DNA from: Fimbriosthenelais zetlandica | Lineage: Eukaryota | Length of the DNA: 64,000 bases | Direction of reading: 5' to 3' | Assembly (NCBI GenBank): GCA_977030845.1 | Contig: OZ365113.1 | Location: forward strand, 39,556,001-39,620,000 | In this document: positions 1 to 12,716 of the stretch, piece after piece | Position numbering within the stretch: the first letter of the stretch is position 1 | Layout: every line of letters begins with the position of its first letter | Position numbers and translations under genes: made by a program | The notes under the pieces: model-generated | Databases searched by the model: none | Told to the model about the DNA's origin: nothing | Seen by the model: only the letters and a program-made list of their open reading frames with translations

Positions 1-710
1 TATTATCGCCCGACTAAAACTTCAGCTGACATGATCAACAAGTTGTCCACTCAAAACAAATCTTAATTTCAAAATTATTTAAGTATCAACGGGAATATGC
101 CGATTTTTGGAAAGAAGTAGTTCTAATTCACCGGATTGTTAACTTTCAAATGTGAAATTGAGCGAAAATTTGGGATTCTGCAGTTTTCATATATCATAGC
201 GAAATATGAAGAATGAATGGTTAAATATGTGACGCTATGTCACTGTAAGAGAAGAATACCCCCTTTCACCGTAAAATTGCACCTGCCCGTGCTCAACCAT
301 AGGAGCATCGCCATGTCGTTCCTATGGAAACCCGCAGTGACGTCAGAGGTAAGGAGGGATTCCCTGGTCTCGTGACCACTGCAATGGCTTGTCGTCGCGA
401 TGGACGCCATCTACCTGGGCAGGTGCAAAGTGTCAAGGTGACTTGGCAGGGCCCTTCTGCCTGTGTTGGCATGCAGATGCTGGTCTACGATAGAGCTTGG
501 CCATCCTTATCGCTAAGATGGGTGTTTACCAATTGACCCTTGTTCAGGTGTCAGACGAGATAGCCCTTACGGCCTTATAGTCTGCTTATCGGTGAGTTTT
601 GATGGGCCAACTTGACTAAATGTCCTTTTGTTGTGCCCTGTGCAATATTGCTGTGGTGTGTATGGGCAAATTGGACCGTGGCACCATATACAGTCGGCAT
701 AGCTGGGCCA

Positions 711-747
711 GGGGAGGGGAGGAGGGGAGGAGGGGAGGAGGGGGAGG
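711..747 (+). repeat. (GGGGAGGA)n purine repeat
   Basis: ggggaggggaggaggggaggaggggaggagggggagg. Confidence 0.8.
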
Positions 748-1960
748 TGTATACAATTGAAAGTGGGGATTAAATATACTGAGAGAGTTAACAAGAAAAA
801 GAGCAGTATAATTGACGACAACCAAGATCGGCTTAGGCCTTGACAGTGTATATACAGAATACAATCATGATGTCAGTGAGCTGACATCAGGCCGTTTGTA
901 TCAGGCAAAGTCAAACGGTCCTTTCATGCCTCTGTAAAAGTTTCTCTTCACGGGAAAAAGTTTATTACGCTTAGAAAAAGTTCAATCATCGAAAGAGGGA
1001 GTCAACGGGGAAATCAAAGATGGTCGATGTGTTTTACCTTTTTCTCCGCATGCACGACGGCATTTGTCATGATTATATTGGTTTCTAACCAACTTTATGA
1101 GATATCATTTTTTTTGAAAGAGAAAAATATTTGATATACATGTATAACACATCAATTGTGTTTATATTCCAGTGCATACATAAGTCTACTATACATCCAT
1201 TATTTCCTTTGAATACCATATAACAAGTGCAAGAAAACCGTTATACCAATATACAATTGCAAATATTTGCTTGAGAAGTCATGCATTGCAATCATAAGTA
1301 AAGCAGTATGTATGTCGAGACCTTAACAACCCCTGAATACATCACATGTTTTATATATGCTCATAAAATATTCATTTAATGCCTTAAGAAGTTGTGAGTA
1401 ACAGTACATGGGTGAAATGAGCCGAGGGGTGTAAAGGGGGTGGGAGTATTCCACCTGTTCTCATGCGGCTATCGCCCAGGTAGCCCCCCTCTCTCCCCCT
1501 CTATATACTTGCATTATGACCTCTTGCCTTGAAAAGCACCTGTTCCGTTGGTGACACTATACCCTCTCCTTTCAAATCAGACGTAAACGAAACACCTTTA
1601 ATAATGCCACACAGCTTACAGTGACATGTCCGCAGCAACAGGTGCATGTCAGTGTTTTCAATGAGGGCTATGTAAACGTCCGTGTATAGGAATGTATTTG
1701 AATGGTCTAATCTATTCACAAATCCAGACGCAGCTCTCAGTGTTATGATATTTGTCTATTTTAAAGGGAACAAAATGGCCTTGCCCTGACTGGCATAAAA
1801 ACTTAACTAAAATCGGTTTGGTGTTTCTTCTAAAATACTATATCCACAGGTTGGTCGCCCAAATTGTATAATCTGGGTCGGTTAAGTTATTAATTTCAGG
1901 AAAAGGTGAACAGCTATCTGTAAGCTGCAAATCATTGACCTATTTGAGCTACTATCGAGG

Positions 1961-2145
1961 TTTATTTCTTGTTTAGTTATAGCATGCGAGATGAGCAGAA
2001 AACATGATAGTCTTGGAATGATTCTACTTGAATTTGTATTAATTAATGTAATTAATTTATAATATTGGCCGATAATAGGCAAAATTAATCGCGATTGACG
2101 TGAGGAAGTGACAGAAGCTGTAAATTCATTTCAATCATATTTATT
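1961..2145 (-). terminator. Candidate polyadenylation signals of paralog A (AATAAA at 2140..2145 and 1961..1966)
   Basis: TTTATT on the + strand downstream of the stop, in AT-rich 3' UTR-like sequence. Confidence 0.4.
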
Positions 2146-2850
2146 CAATGACCTTTTTGTATATCTAAAATAATTTACACTAAATATGTATGTACACTGT
2201 ACAAAATGTAAATACCGATGAGATCATGCAAAATATAAAGTCTTGGAATACGAGTGCAAGTAACCACGAAAATGCACAATGGTTTTCAACCTGAATCGAA
2301 TTCCCTTATTCCCCGGAGGTATGAACACATAAAGTATATATATTATATATTCCATTCGAAATGCAAAATATATTGAGGAATTATTAACATGAATCCATAA
2401 AATATCCTTGAGATCTGAAGATTCAACTCTTTGGTATACTCATTTGTATACATATTACCGATATCTTATTTCATAAATTAAACATGCATACGAGTATGAA
2501 TAGTTTTACCCAAATATTATGACTCAATTATCAATTGTCTTTTGATTCTGTTCATACATAAACGCTCACTGGTATTATGAGGGTAAACATTAACCCTACA
2601 ATATCTAAAATACATTATTTTCCCACCGAGTTTATAATAGTTTGAGATTGATATTACAACACTGGCATTACATAGCACCAATTCCCTGATCAGATGAATC
2701 AAATCAGCATATTTGCTGGTGTTCAAACAAAGTCCTCAAACTTTGAATGACACCAATGTCACGGTAGCACCCTTGGTAAGTTCATAGAATGTTCATATTT
2801 GGAAGAACGATAGTCTGTAGTACATACTGTCTTTGGTTTTGAAATATAGT

Positions 2851-4607
2851 TTATAAGGAACGATGGCAGAGAGGCGCATTTCCACATCCGCCTTCCTGAT
2901 GCTTTTGAAGCAGAGAGTTTCTAGAGAATGACTTGGAGCACACATGGCAGTTGTACTTCTTAATGTCTGTGTGTGTCTGGAGGTGAGCCCTCAGGTTGGA
3001 CCTGTCAGCAAATGACCTTCCACAGTGACTACACTGGAAGGGCTTTTCTCCTGTGTGCGTGCGCATATGACCCTGGAGGAGCCAGGGCCTGGAGAAGGCC
3101 TTACCACACAGGTGACACTTACAGGGCAGGGTGTGGGTGCGGATGTGCATCTTTAAGGCTCCCTGGCTGACGTATTTCTTGTCACAGTGTTTGCAGCTGT
3201 ATTCTTTCTTGATGAGGGCAGTACAATGGAACTGCTTGTGCTTAGAGAGACCACTGAATGTGGCATAGCTCTTGCTGCAAGCCTCGCATTGATACCTTGG
3301 TGGTTCGCCGTCCCTGCGCTTCCTTGGCGTCTCCATCTGCGAATGCATTTGTCCGTCCATTTCCATGGGTACTGGATAACGATCCTGATTCCATGGGAAG
3401 TTAGGGCTCTGGCGTGGAGTGACAGGAGTTGCAGGATGGGCGTGGGATGATGCTCTTGGATGGTGAACAGGACTCAAACAGATCTCTGATGGAGACCTGT
3501 CACTGACTGGAGACATGACCGGGGACACCGGCAAGCGGGTAGGCACCGGGGAAATGACATGAGGGGAAGTAGGTGAAGCTGGATGGTAAGGGGAAATAGC
3601 ACCGGGTGAAGTAGGAGTCGGAGGGGTTGCCATAGTAATCCCCTGAAGACGGGATTCAACAGCTTTGATGTGAAGGTCCTGAAGCCGCTTAAAGCTGAGG
3701 GCCAGGTAGGGGAGGTGCATCTCGGGGGAGAGACCAGTTGGGGCCCAGTGGTACTGTGCGTGGTGCTTGTGGTGGTGGCCTGGCTCAGGCGAGAGGCTGG
3801 GGGACCTGAGGGGGCTAGAGGAGGCATTGGAGGAGGCTGGTGAGGGGAGAGGAGCAGTGAGGGAGTAGTTGATGGGTTCTGGAGTAACAGAGCCATGGGA
3901 AGATCCCCTGGATGGGCTCCGGCTGTCGGTGTGGCTCCGTGAGGAAGGACTGGTACTGCAAGTACTCGATTCATCGTCACGGGAAGAAGCTTCACAAAGC
4001 TTAGCTGTTAAACAGAAGAAAAGAGAGAACATGAATATCAAGCTATTTGGATGTATTAACACACTATTATAAGGTAGATGTCCTGGTGAGGCAGTCCTGA
4101 TAACCAGCGCCAGGTACTGAGATGCAGACATATAGTGAACTAATGGGATGGTTACGCATGACGGACCACACCCACGCACCCGAAGAGGTGGACAAGAAGT
4201 GGGTTTGTTGGTATACATAGGCCCATCTTCAGCGATGCGGCAAGGCACCAATACAAACTTAATGATAAACTATTTTAACTGTTTAAATTAAAATAGTGTA
4301 TATAAAGCATTTGCTAATGTGTTAAGTGCAATGGTAAACATATGGGATAGCCATCACGGACCATGTCTGGTAAGACTTAATAAATGATAATGTAAAATGA
4401 TAATAAAGATTAAAGTGAGATAAAATGAGATAACTTACCAGGTGAGAATATGACTGGTGGAATGAGTGAGATCCTTGTATTGATGGAAGGATCCTGTATC
4501 TGTTGGGAGACTGGTGAGAGGAGGCCTTCCCGGCACTCCATATCGATAGTTCTAGGCATGCCGAGAACTGAGGCAGCCTTCTTCTTCACTAGAAAGGACC
4601 TTGGCAT
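2851..4607 (-). CDS. snail: Snail-family zinc-finger transcriptional repressor, paralog A; complement(join(2851..4004,4439..4607)), 440 aa
   Basis: Exon 1 starts AAAG-ATG at 4607 and encodes canonical [13 protein letters not shown]. Donor CCTG|GTAAGT (intron from 4438). Acceptor is a pyrimidine tract + TAACAG| ending at 4005. The phase-1 junction gives GCT (Ala), in frame with ORF 2851..4251. 169+1154=1323 nt, TAA stop. Five C-terminal fingers with Snail signatures ([44 protein letters not shown]2HC-type last finger). Confidence 0.95.
2884..3294 (-). other. Five-finger Snail zinc-finger array of paralog A (137 codons)
   Basis: YQCEAC..H..HC through ..KHQEGGC. Colinear without indels with 19894..20304 (offset 17010) and 40786..41196. 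Confidence 0.95.
4005..4438 (-). other. Phase-1 GT-AG intron of paralog A (434 bp)
   Basis: GTAAGT donor and pyrimidine-tract/CAG acceptor; removing it joins SNAG and zinc fingers in frame. Confidence 0.9.
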
Positions 4608-4830
4608 CTTTCTGTGATATCAATCCAGATTTGATTATAAAAAACACACAACAGGTAAAATCCTGATAAACACAAGTAAAATCAGTGTTGTGGTATTCCA
4701 CTGTCAAGTGTTCAGCACCAGATATGTATGAGGTATACAGACTGGTAGAGGTGGTATAAGATTCCAATACACAACAATGTGGGAGAATGCAGTTAAGAGT
4801 TCTGTAAAGGCACGTTGTGATGTTGGGATG

Positions 4831-4999
4831 TGAATGCCATAACACTGGACCCACGCAGCTTTAAATATCCCATCCCATACCTCGACACGCGTCCCAGACA
4901 GGTGCAAAAGAGTGAGTGACAGCGCGTCAACCAATCAGGGCCTGGTAGTGCTATAGCCACGCCCAGTGGAGAGGTGGGGGCTTAGTATCCAACCAATGA
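4831..4999 (-). promoter_or_regulatory. Probable core/proximal promoter of paralog A
   Basis: On the minus strand: TATA-like TATTTAAA (4860..4867) with Inr-like GCATTCA about 32 nt downstream (A at 4835). Also CCAAT boxes at 4931 and 4993, a KLF/Sp-type CCACGCCC near 4957, and E-box CAGGTG at 4899..4904. The TSS is inferred, not observed. Confidence 0.55.
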
Positions 5000-7337
5000 G
5001 AAGAGACGATGCCGATTACTATGGTGACGCTATAGAGGGATGGGGTTCTCAACAGGTGCTGGTGGAGGGGATGCCAAGTGCCAAGGGAGGAGGGGCCTTG
5101 TTTTACCCCCTCCCTTCTGTAGAGGTATGCCACCCTACCAATGTCCAAAGGTATTTCTAGGCAAGTGAAATCCAAGAATTTCTCTGAGGAAAACTTTAAG
5201 AATTACATGATTTTAAATTTCAGCAAGACTGTGTTATATCCTTCCCTAACATAGACTGTTATCTTTCACGCTTGATACTTGATAACGCTAGACAATTTTG
5301 ACTGTGTTTTGGCATTTCCCATACTGGCTTATCTCAAGCCTAAGTAGGCCTATGTTACTCCATAATGAACAAAGTCTTGTCAAAATGTATTCAAGTTTAA
5401 TTGCAATACATATCTACTGTTTTATATGGAATAGATTAAATATATTACAGTCATCGCATCAGAATGGTTTTGTACTAACTATTGGTAACTCGTCCCATCC
5501 CGATTAGCTTTAAAGTCTCATAATCAAGTCAAAGTCACAAAATACTAATTTAATGATGGAATGGATTCCAATTTCCTCTCCTTCAGAAACAAAACATTAG
5601 TTTTGGAACATATCACGCAACAGATGGCTTTGTACAAATATGTGCTTACACTTTGTGACATAGCTGTTAATGTGGAGACAACACCCAACACCCAAATCCA
5701 GGAAGTTGGGACAGCCACCTTTAGTTCGGGTTCTCGCCACTAAGCGCCGCCAGTGTGCCGTTGGTAACTGGTGTCTAGTGGAGACGGTCTCGCACCAACA
5801 CGGTATGTCACGAGCAAGGCAGTGTATATGTGAGAGCTCTCCCAGCAACCTCACCACTTCTAGGAAAGGCAAAGGTCGCCAAAACGCGCCATTCAAAAAA
5901 TGAATTGGTATTGATGGGGAGCAAATAGAAGTCATTCATGATATGAAGAAAATACGAGTGGCCTATAATATATGAGGATAGGTCCCTGTCATTTATAGTC
6001 TCGAGGCCAAGCCGAAGCCAAAAATGAACTGAACTAGGCTTATAGCAATAGCTAGCCTTTAGGAAAGTCAAGTAGCAGTAAATACGGAAACTGCTGTAAC
6101 ACTGGAAAATCATATATAAAGAACATAGGCCTATATACATATGGTCAATGGATTGGGTCTCCAGCATGTCTTGGAATAGGCTATTTATACTATAGACTTT
6201 TTTTGGCGTCAGAACATCCCTACAAGTGGTAAAAGGCAGATCAACAAGCCCAAGTCCCATAACCATCAAATAAAGAAGATATATATCATTCTGAAAAGAT
6301 CAAACATTGTTTATAGATCTCTGGATGCGCTTTTTCCATTGCCAGATCAAAAGGATCTAAAGACATAGTGACCTGCCACCTGTTGTTCCCTTTCTCTTCT
6401 TTTATTCCCACCCTGTCTGTCAGCGCCCACTCAGGAAAGCCTGGGGTTATAACTTTACCACCACAGCCCCCAGGGCCCCTTCTCCCGGAGCCAGTCCGGC
6501 GGACGGCGACACGGCCAGTGGTGGGGATGTGGCCGGGTGGCATGTTCCCGGCAGGGGGCGGTGTCGCGAGGAGGATGTGGGATGTATGGGGTGAAAGTAG
6601 CGTGAAACTAGGCCTATATGGGTAGATAAAATAAAAATTAATAATCAAGTGGATGGGTCAGTTTGCGCAGTAGGCTTGGCCATAGATGTTTCAGTTTCGG
6701 CAATGAAACCAAGAACAGCTGCTTCAGACGTAGGCCTAAACTTAGAATTACAAAACTAAAATCAGGCAGCCAATTTCATATTTCCCTGGATTATATTCAT
6801 TTATTTCCAAATGTAGGCCTATAGCACTATAGGCCTAAGAGATATTCCCACAAGCATCTTTGCATGAAAAGAGGTGTATCTTTTCTCCGCCTCTTGACGG
6901 ACGCTTCCTGTCTGATGACGTATCACGTCAACACAACGTCAACGAGGCCCGTCGTCATGGACGCTCCCCCTGGTTGCGTGGGTCGCCACCAGGGGTCCAA
7001 GTTCACATCAGATGTTCACGCTCGCCGTGGTGCATTATGGGAACAGTTGAAGACATATATATTAAACATAGCCCTGTTGTTACAATGTTCAGACGTTGTG
7101 AACCATGTTAAGTTTCGAGGCTGTAAAACAAAGCATTCAGTCCCGAGTAAACCATAGGCCGACTAGACCTATAAGATCTATAGGGCCTACATGTATTGGA
7201 ATAAAAAATAAATTTATGAGTAGACTAGAGGGTAGGTCTACGGTAACAGGGACTAATCTATTGATGGCCAGAAATATGAAAACAGTGCCACAGGTTAAGT
7301 ACCATTAACATGGAGAATGTCCCTATTTCCTGTGGAA

Positions 7338-7388
7338 TTTGGAGGGGTAAACTTTGGAGGGGTAAACTTTGGAGGGGTAAACTTTGGA
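7338..7388. repeat. 15-bp minisatellite TTTGGAGGGGTAAAC x3.4
   Basis: Three exact copies plus a partial one. Confidence 0.95.
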
Positions 7389-10300
7389 ATGATGTATCAG
7401 AGAGTCTGGTCAAAATAGGCCTATGAACACATGATATGGGGTACAGAAATAAATATAGTCCATATAAAAAAGAGCAACCATGGGACAAAATGTTCAAAGA
7501 CAATGAGCAGGGATGGCGAATGAGGTGAGGGGAAACAATGCGTATAGACCCTAATTAGAAACGAGATCTCTTAAAGGAACAGCGACCTCTTAAAGAAGCG
7601 GGCTGATAGATCAATCAAGAAGAAACATAGCGATGGGAAAGAAGAGGGTAAGGGGAAGGAGGCTAGCTTTACAGGGGAGTAAGTTGATTTTCCGTCTGAA
7701 GAAACAATAGCTAGACTAACGAGCTTCACCTCGGTGCAAGTATAGGGAAAACGTGCATAGTTTGTGAGTCGGGAGGAGGAGACGGGGCCGAGTTTGATGT
7801 TGCCGGCCACCGGGGGTGAGATAGAACGCCTTGTTTGTATTGGCGAGTCGGGGATTGACAGCAGCAGGCTCGGCAGGACGTGGCAGGTACAACGGGTCGG
7901 ATCTTTCCAGGGGCTACACTTGTTCTATGCCACTCTTACACTGTTTTCTTTCTCAGCTAAAATGTTGATTTAGCAGTTAAAAGTGGTAAGGCGATTCGCT
8001 AGTGGTGTGTGATGGATATAGCAAACATCTTCACACAGACTCTTTGTGCCAGGAACGACACGCGGGCGGGACAAACGAAACATCATTTTCAATTCTCCCT
8101 ACCGTCATGTTGATTTTTAAATTCAAATTTGAGCAGATAATTCCCAGACTATGAAAACATGATAAATCATGTATTGCCGAATCCATTGAAGTCAATGTTT
8201 TTTGGACCTATTACACATCGATAAAATTCATAGAGATATAGCTAAGAGATTATAGCCATCATGTTGATAAATAATGCTGATGATGTTTACCGTTCATACA
8301 TTCACTGATACACATTCATGCGCACTTATAATATAGGAGCTGAAGTACATGAATACAAGGTACTATAACACTGATTGCTGACAACACAGAGGCAATAGAT
8401 TCCCTTGTCTTTTTTTCTCTCCTCCACGGCTTACACCTGCCTATCTATATCATGGGTTTACATAGCCAAACTCATGCGACACTTGACGCCTGTGTTTTAC
8501 GACGACCAGCCCGATATCTGACTTGCTAATATTCACAAAAATGAACAATGGCTATCTTCAATGGCATTGGATTGAGAGCTTAATATTATTTCTGTATTTA
8601 AAAAGAATGTATACCCAATTCGTACACTAGTTGAGCATGTCTTCCTTTCTCAATCAATATGAAGACTATTAAACAGAAATCTTAAATAACTTCATTGTAG
8701 GCCTGTGTGGCAAGTCTTGTTAGCAAGCAGGATAACCCTGCCTCCCCAACATCCATCAACCAACTCCCCACGGACACCAAAGTCAAGAAGAAACAAGTGC
8801 CAACAACACAACCAACCGTCTGATTAAATTGAACACCTTTTACATAACAAAAATCCGACTGAGCCACTTGAACAGGTGTAAAATAAATTAACCCACCCGT
8901 CTGATGTATTCTCTTATAAATACTCCTTTTCCAAGATAAATTCCTCAGTATAATAGCTCATGAACAACTATAGAACATAGGGAATATGTTCCCTATTTCC
9001 CCACTATACCTGTTTTAAGGAGTTTACACGCACCTAAAAAAACATAAAAATAAATGGATCAATTTATAATTCAAGACAATAAAAGAGAAAAAGTAAAGCC
9101 AGCGCTAGCACGTGAGTAAAATGTCATGGGTTAGTGGAATAGTAAGTTTAGTGTAGTAGCTTTATTGCTTGAGAAGCTCGCTCTGTCTACACTTTTTTCA
9201 AACCGGAAGGCCAGGTGACTGCGCGCGCATCTGTAGGTTGTTAATATGGTGGGCGCGACCTCTCGCAGGGGCCCGTTTAACCTCTGTAGCCGTGGTGGTG
9301 GTGGAAAACGAGGAAAAGTTAAATATCTAGCTTCGAGTTGCATACACACACCTTTCCTGGTTTACTTGTATACGAGGTGGAGGTTGGGGGGTGAGTTGTC
9401 ATGGAGAGGGAGGTAAAGAACAGCTGGGATCAGCTCCAACTTCCTGCCGCTAGAATCACCAGGGAGGTTGACCTTCGGGACATGAGTGTCCGCAGAGAAT
9501 GGCTCACTGGATCTATGTCGCGGGTCTATGCTACATACATGTGTAGCATACTCTTTTGGAGGTATAACTTCCGGTTGGCATGCACTTCCGAGTTTTTTTT
9601 AAATATTTTTTTCCTCCGCACATGCCTACATCCCAATTCATTATGGGGCAGCTGCAAAATATCAAAGTGTGAAGAGGATGGTTGGCTATGAATGGATGGA
9701 GCAGGACTTTATGGTCCAAACTATTACAGGGTTTTACTTCCAGAAGCTATTGCCCATGCACCGTTAATGCTGCTCTAAATCCAGCGTTAATTAGCAGAAC
9801 ACCAGACCCCATCACCTTTCACCTCTGTCCTGAAATAACCCACATTCCAACAGTGCTAGAAATGATTGGCCTCAAAGATCTGGTCCTAGAATGTCTTGGA
9901 GCAGGTGAGATTATAGGTGTCAAATCTAGCCAATTTCATGGCAATCCACTTGATTGCTTTTAAAATTTCAAATTTATCAGTTTTTAAGTCAATTTGGAAG
10001 TGGCCTATACAAAACCAGTTATCATTGTCAACATTGTCCCATGGTCTTATATAGATTACTCTATCATTAGCCAGCCGATGAAAAATCAGTCAGTGTTCAC
10101 TGGCCTTAAGAAGACCTTGCATGAGGAGGTGGCCATCTGTCGGTGGAGATCGAAGAAGAAACACTGAGATTAGGTCTGGTGGAAGTAAATGGGTTTCTAA
10201 CCCTGCTTTGGACTGGTGCACATGCAGCTTGCCTCTTGCTGTGGCTACTGCCCCTCTTCGCCTGTTACTCGGGGCGCAAATTAAGCTCTGGTTTAGTAAA

Positions 10301-10636
10301 CTTACACTTTGGTATATAGAGTCAGGCGGGCTTGTTTCCGCCAGGAATCTAGCGAATGTTGCATGTAAATTGCACGTGCACATATTGCTGGATGGATGAA
10401 CCAACCATATGAACTCGCAGGCCACGGCTTCGTCTATAGTGCCACATCAGTTAAAATGAATTAAAATGCCCATTCTCATAATATTCACTAAAACGTCTTT
10501 CTTCGGATCTCTCCTTTCAACCACACTAAAAGTGTCAGACTTAGACAATTCACACGTGTTTAAAAATGTCCAAAATGAAAAACTTCCCACCACTTTACAG
10601 ATAGTCTTTTATCTGTGACCCTCCAAAGTTTAGATC

Positions 10637-10650
10637 GCGCCCCCTGGCGC
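10637..10650 (-). promoter_or_regulatory. CTCF-like motif GCGCCAGGGGGCGC
   Basis: Matches the CCAGGGGGCGC core; motif match only. Confidence 0.35.
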
Positions 10651-12452
10651 CAGTGTCGCGCCCCAACAGAAAGTTTACACCATGATTCGGAGCTCTCTAA
10701 TTGGAACCATGGAGACGGGCATGTTAACCCACGACCTGGGACCAGCCCACATGTTCTGCTTACAAGATACTATATTAAGAAAGATATTTATTTAGCAAAG
10801 ATTCGTGTCTGTATCAGATGGACTGTGATTGAAATTGAAACGTTGGAGGGGTTCCGTGGGAATGAGTGGCGACATCTTGTTCAAACTTGGGGTTTTAACT
10901 TTCACACAAAAGAGACGTGGGGGTTTGGCCTGACCTTGGCTGGATTTGGTGTGACAGACATCGATGCAGACTGCGGTAGAGCCCTCTGGGATGTTGCCTG
11001 ACTGTTTCTGCTCAGTTTCAAAGTTTTCGACCGCCCTCCAGGAGAGAATGGTTAGAAAAAATGTAATGAACATATGTTTCTGAAATGTCACGAACGCGCA
11101 TGTTTACATTGCATGGCTAGTTGTTATTGCACGCAGAAAATTAATTTTGTGACTTTTTGTGTATGCTGCATGGGGAACGGATGTCGGAGCTGGGTGATGA
11201 AATGGTGGGCAAAGAATAATTTCCTTACAATTCAAAGAAGAATGTAAGTCCTAGTAACATAGATTACAAGTATATACTACTTATTCACTGGGACAATTCT
11301 TTTACAAGTTTTGCACAAGCTTAGCACCACTACTCTCTTTTCTCATTATATCCCCGAAGTCAGTGATAGATAGTTTAAAAAAACATTAACCTATATACAA
11401 GTCAACTTTTCCTCAACTATTCCGGACCGAGCATAGTTATTTCTGGGTTCTCTTTTGGGTACATATTATATGAATGTCAAGTACCTATCCCTTCCACACC
11501 TGCCCTCACAAATAGCTAGTATCAATCACTCGTTGCAGGGCTGTTTATATTTGTGTCACCTTCCACCTAGCCAAACCATGACCTTCCATGACGTTCTGAC
11601 GTCACAGACACGTGGTGCGCGCATGCGTTCTGCTTCCTAATGGGAACCAACTCCCAACGTTGTTGTCGATCCCATAATCAATTAGGCAGAACTATAGATC
11701 TTCGCTTCAAAACCTACTCCCAGATGTTTGAAATATTTTCTGTCCCTTATTTTTCATACCCAAAGGGACTGAAGAAGAAATTGTTACGCCCCATGTTCAC
11801 TGAAAAGGTAATAAAATGTCGGTGTAACATTTTAGTTTAGGTATACATGTATGCGTTTAAGCTTTTGTAGACATTCAAATGTCGTCTCTATTGCAGGGTT
11901 TGGATTAAAATTTCCCACTTTTCCACTTGAGTTTATTTAACTGTTGTTTAGAAACTTTTAAAGGGGTCGATAAATCTATATATTAGCCAGTGAACTTGCA
12001 CTATCGCAAGCATTGAAGAGCAGATCTAATGTGGGTTTTGGCTCTGGAGTTGCATTCATTTGTTTATAAATGGTATTGTATATTTAGAGACTGAGTCAGG
12101 CTCTCTTGCCGCGAGGCTACTCCGCCTGTTTGTTGAATGCAGGCAGGTTTTGGCCATTTAGAAACAATCGCATTTGCAGCTCAAGCTCTCCCGAGCCCCT
12201 CACTTGACTGATTGGCTCATTGGCTAGCCTAAGCACCAAGAGTAGTACCATATGTTTTGCACAACTTGCATCACTTACTTCCTTAGTGTCCTAGCTACCT
12301 ACCCCAAATGTTATGTACATATACCCTTTTTGTTACCACCTAAAAAACCACCTAAGGTGCGGAGAGAGGCGGCGATATCGCATATTCAGGTGAGGTTTGA
12401 GACCCATTCACGTAGCCTGTATGTTTTCAATGATGAAGTGAATTAGTGTATA

Positions 12453-12716
12453 GAGGTTTTTCACGAGACGTCCCAGGCGTCATAATACGACGATCCGCCA
12501 TTTTGGACGTATAGCAATGCACGTCTACGACGTTGTCTACGTTCAAACAAACTGCCTTACAAAGTTAGAAATAATAGTAGACAACCCACTAGAAGTTTCC
12601 AAAGTACATGAATGGTGTTCGGACGTACCCTATGTACCCTATAGACGTGCAGTGCTATACGTCCAAAATGGCGGATCGTCTCATTTTGACGCCTGGGACG
12701 TCTCGTGAAAAACCTC
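12453..12716. mobile_element. MITE / non-autonomous DNA transposon, 264 bp, 75-bp terminal inverted repeats, TATA (or TA) target-site duplication
   Basis: TATA-GAGGTTTTTCACGAGACGTCCCAGGCGTCA... / ...TGACGCCTGGGACGTCTCGTGAAAAACCTC-TATA. The arms match at 71/75 by hand alignment. No coding capacity. Confidence 0.9.

Noticed and set aside
4005-4251. N-terminal 82 aa of ORF 2851..4251 ([10 protein letters not shown]...)
   Set aside because: Intron read-through upstream of a clear acceptor; the real start is the SNAG exon at 4607. ORF-track starts at 21429 and 42588 are likewise internal to exon 2.
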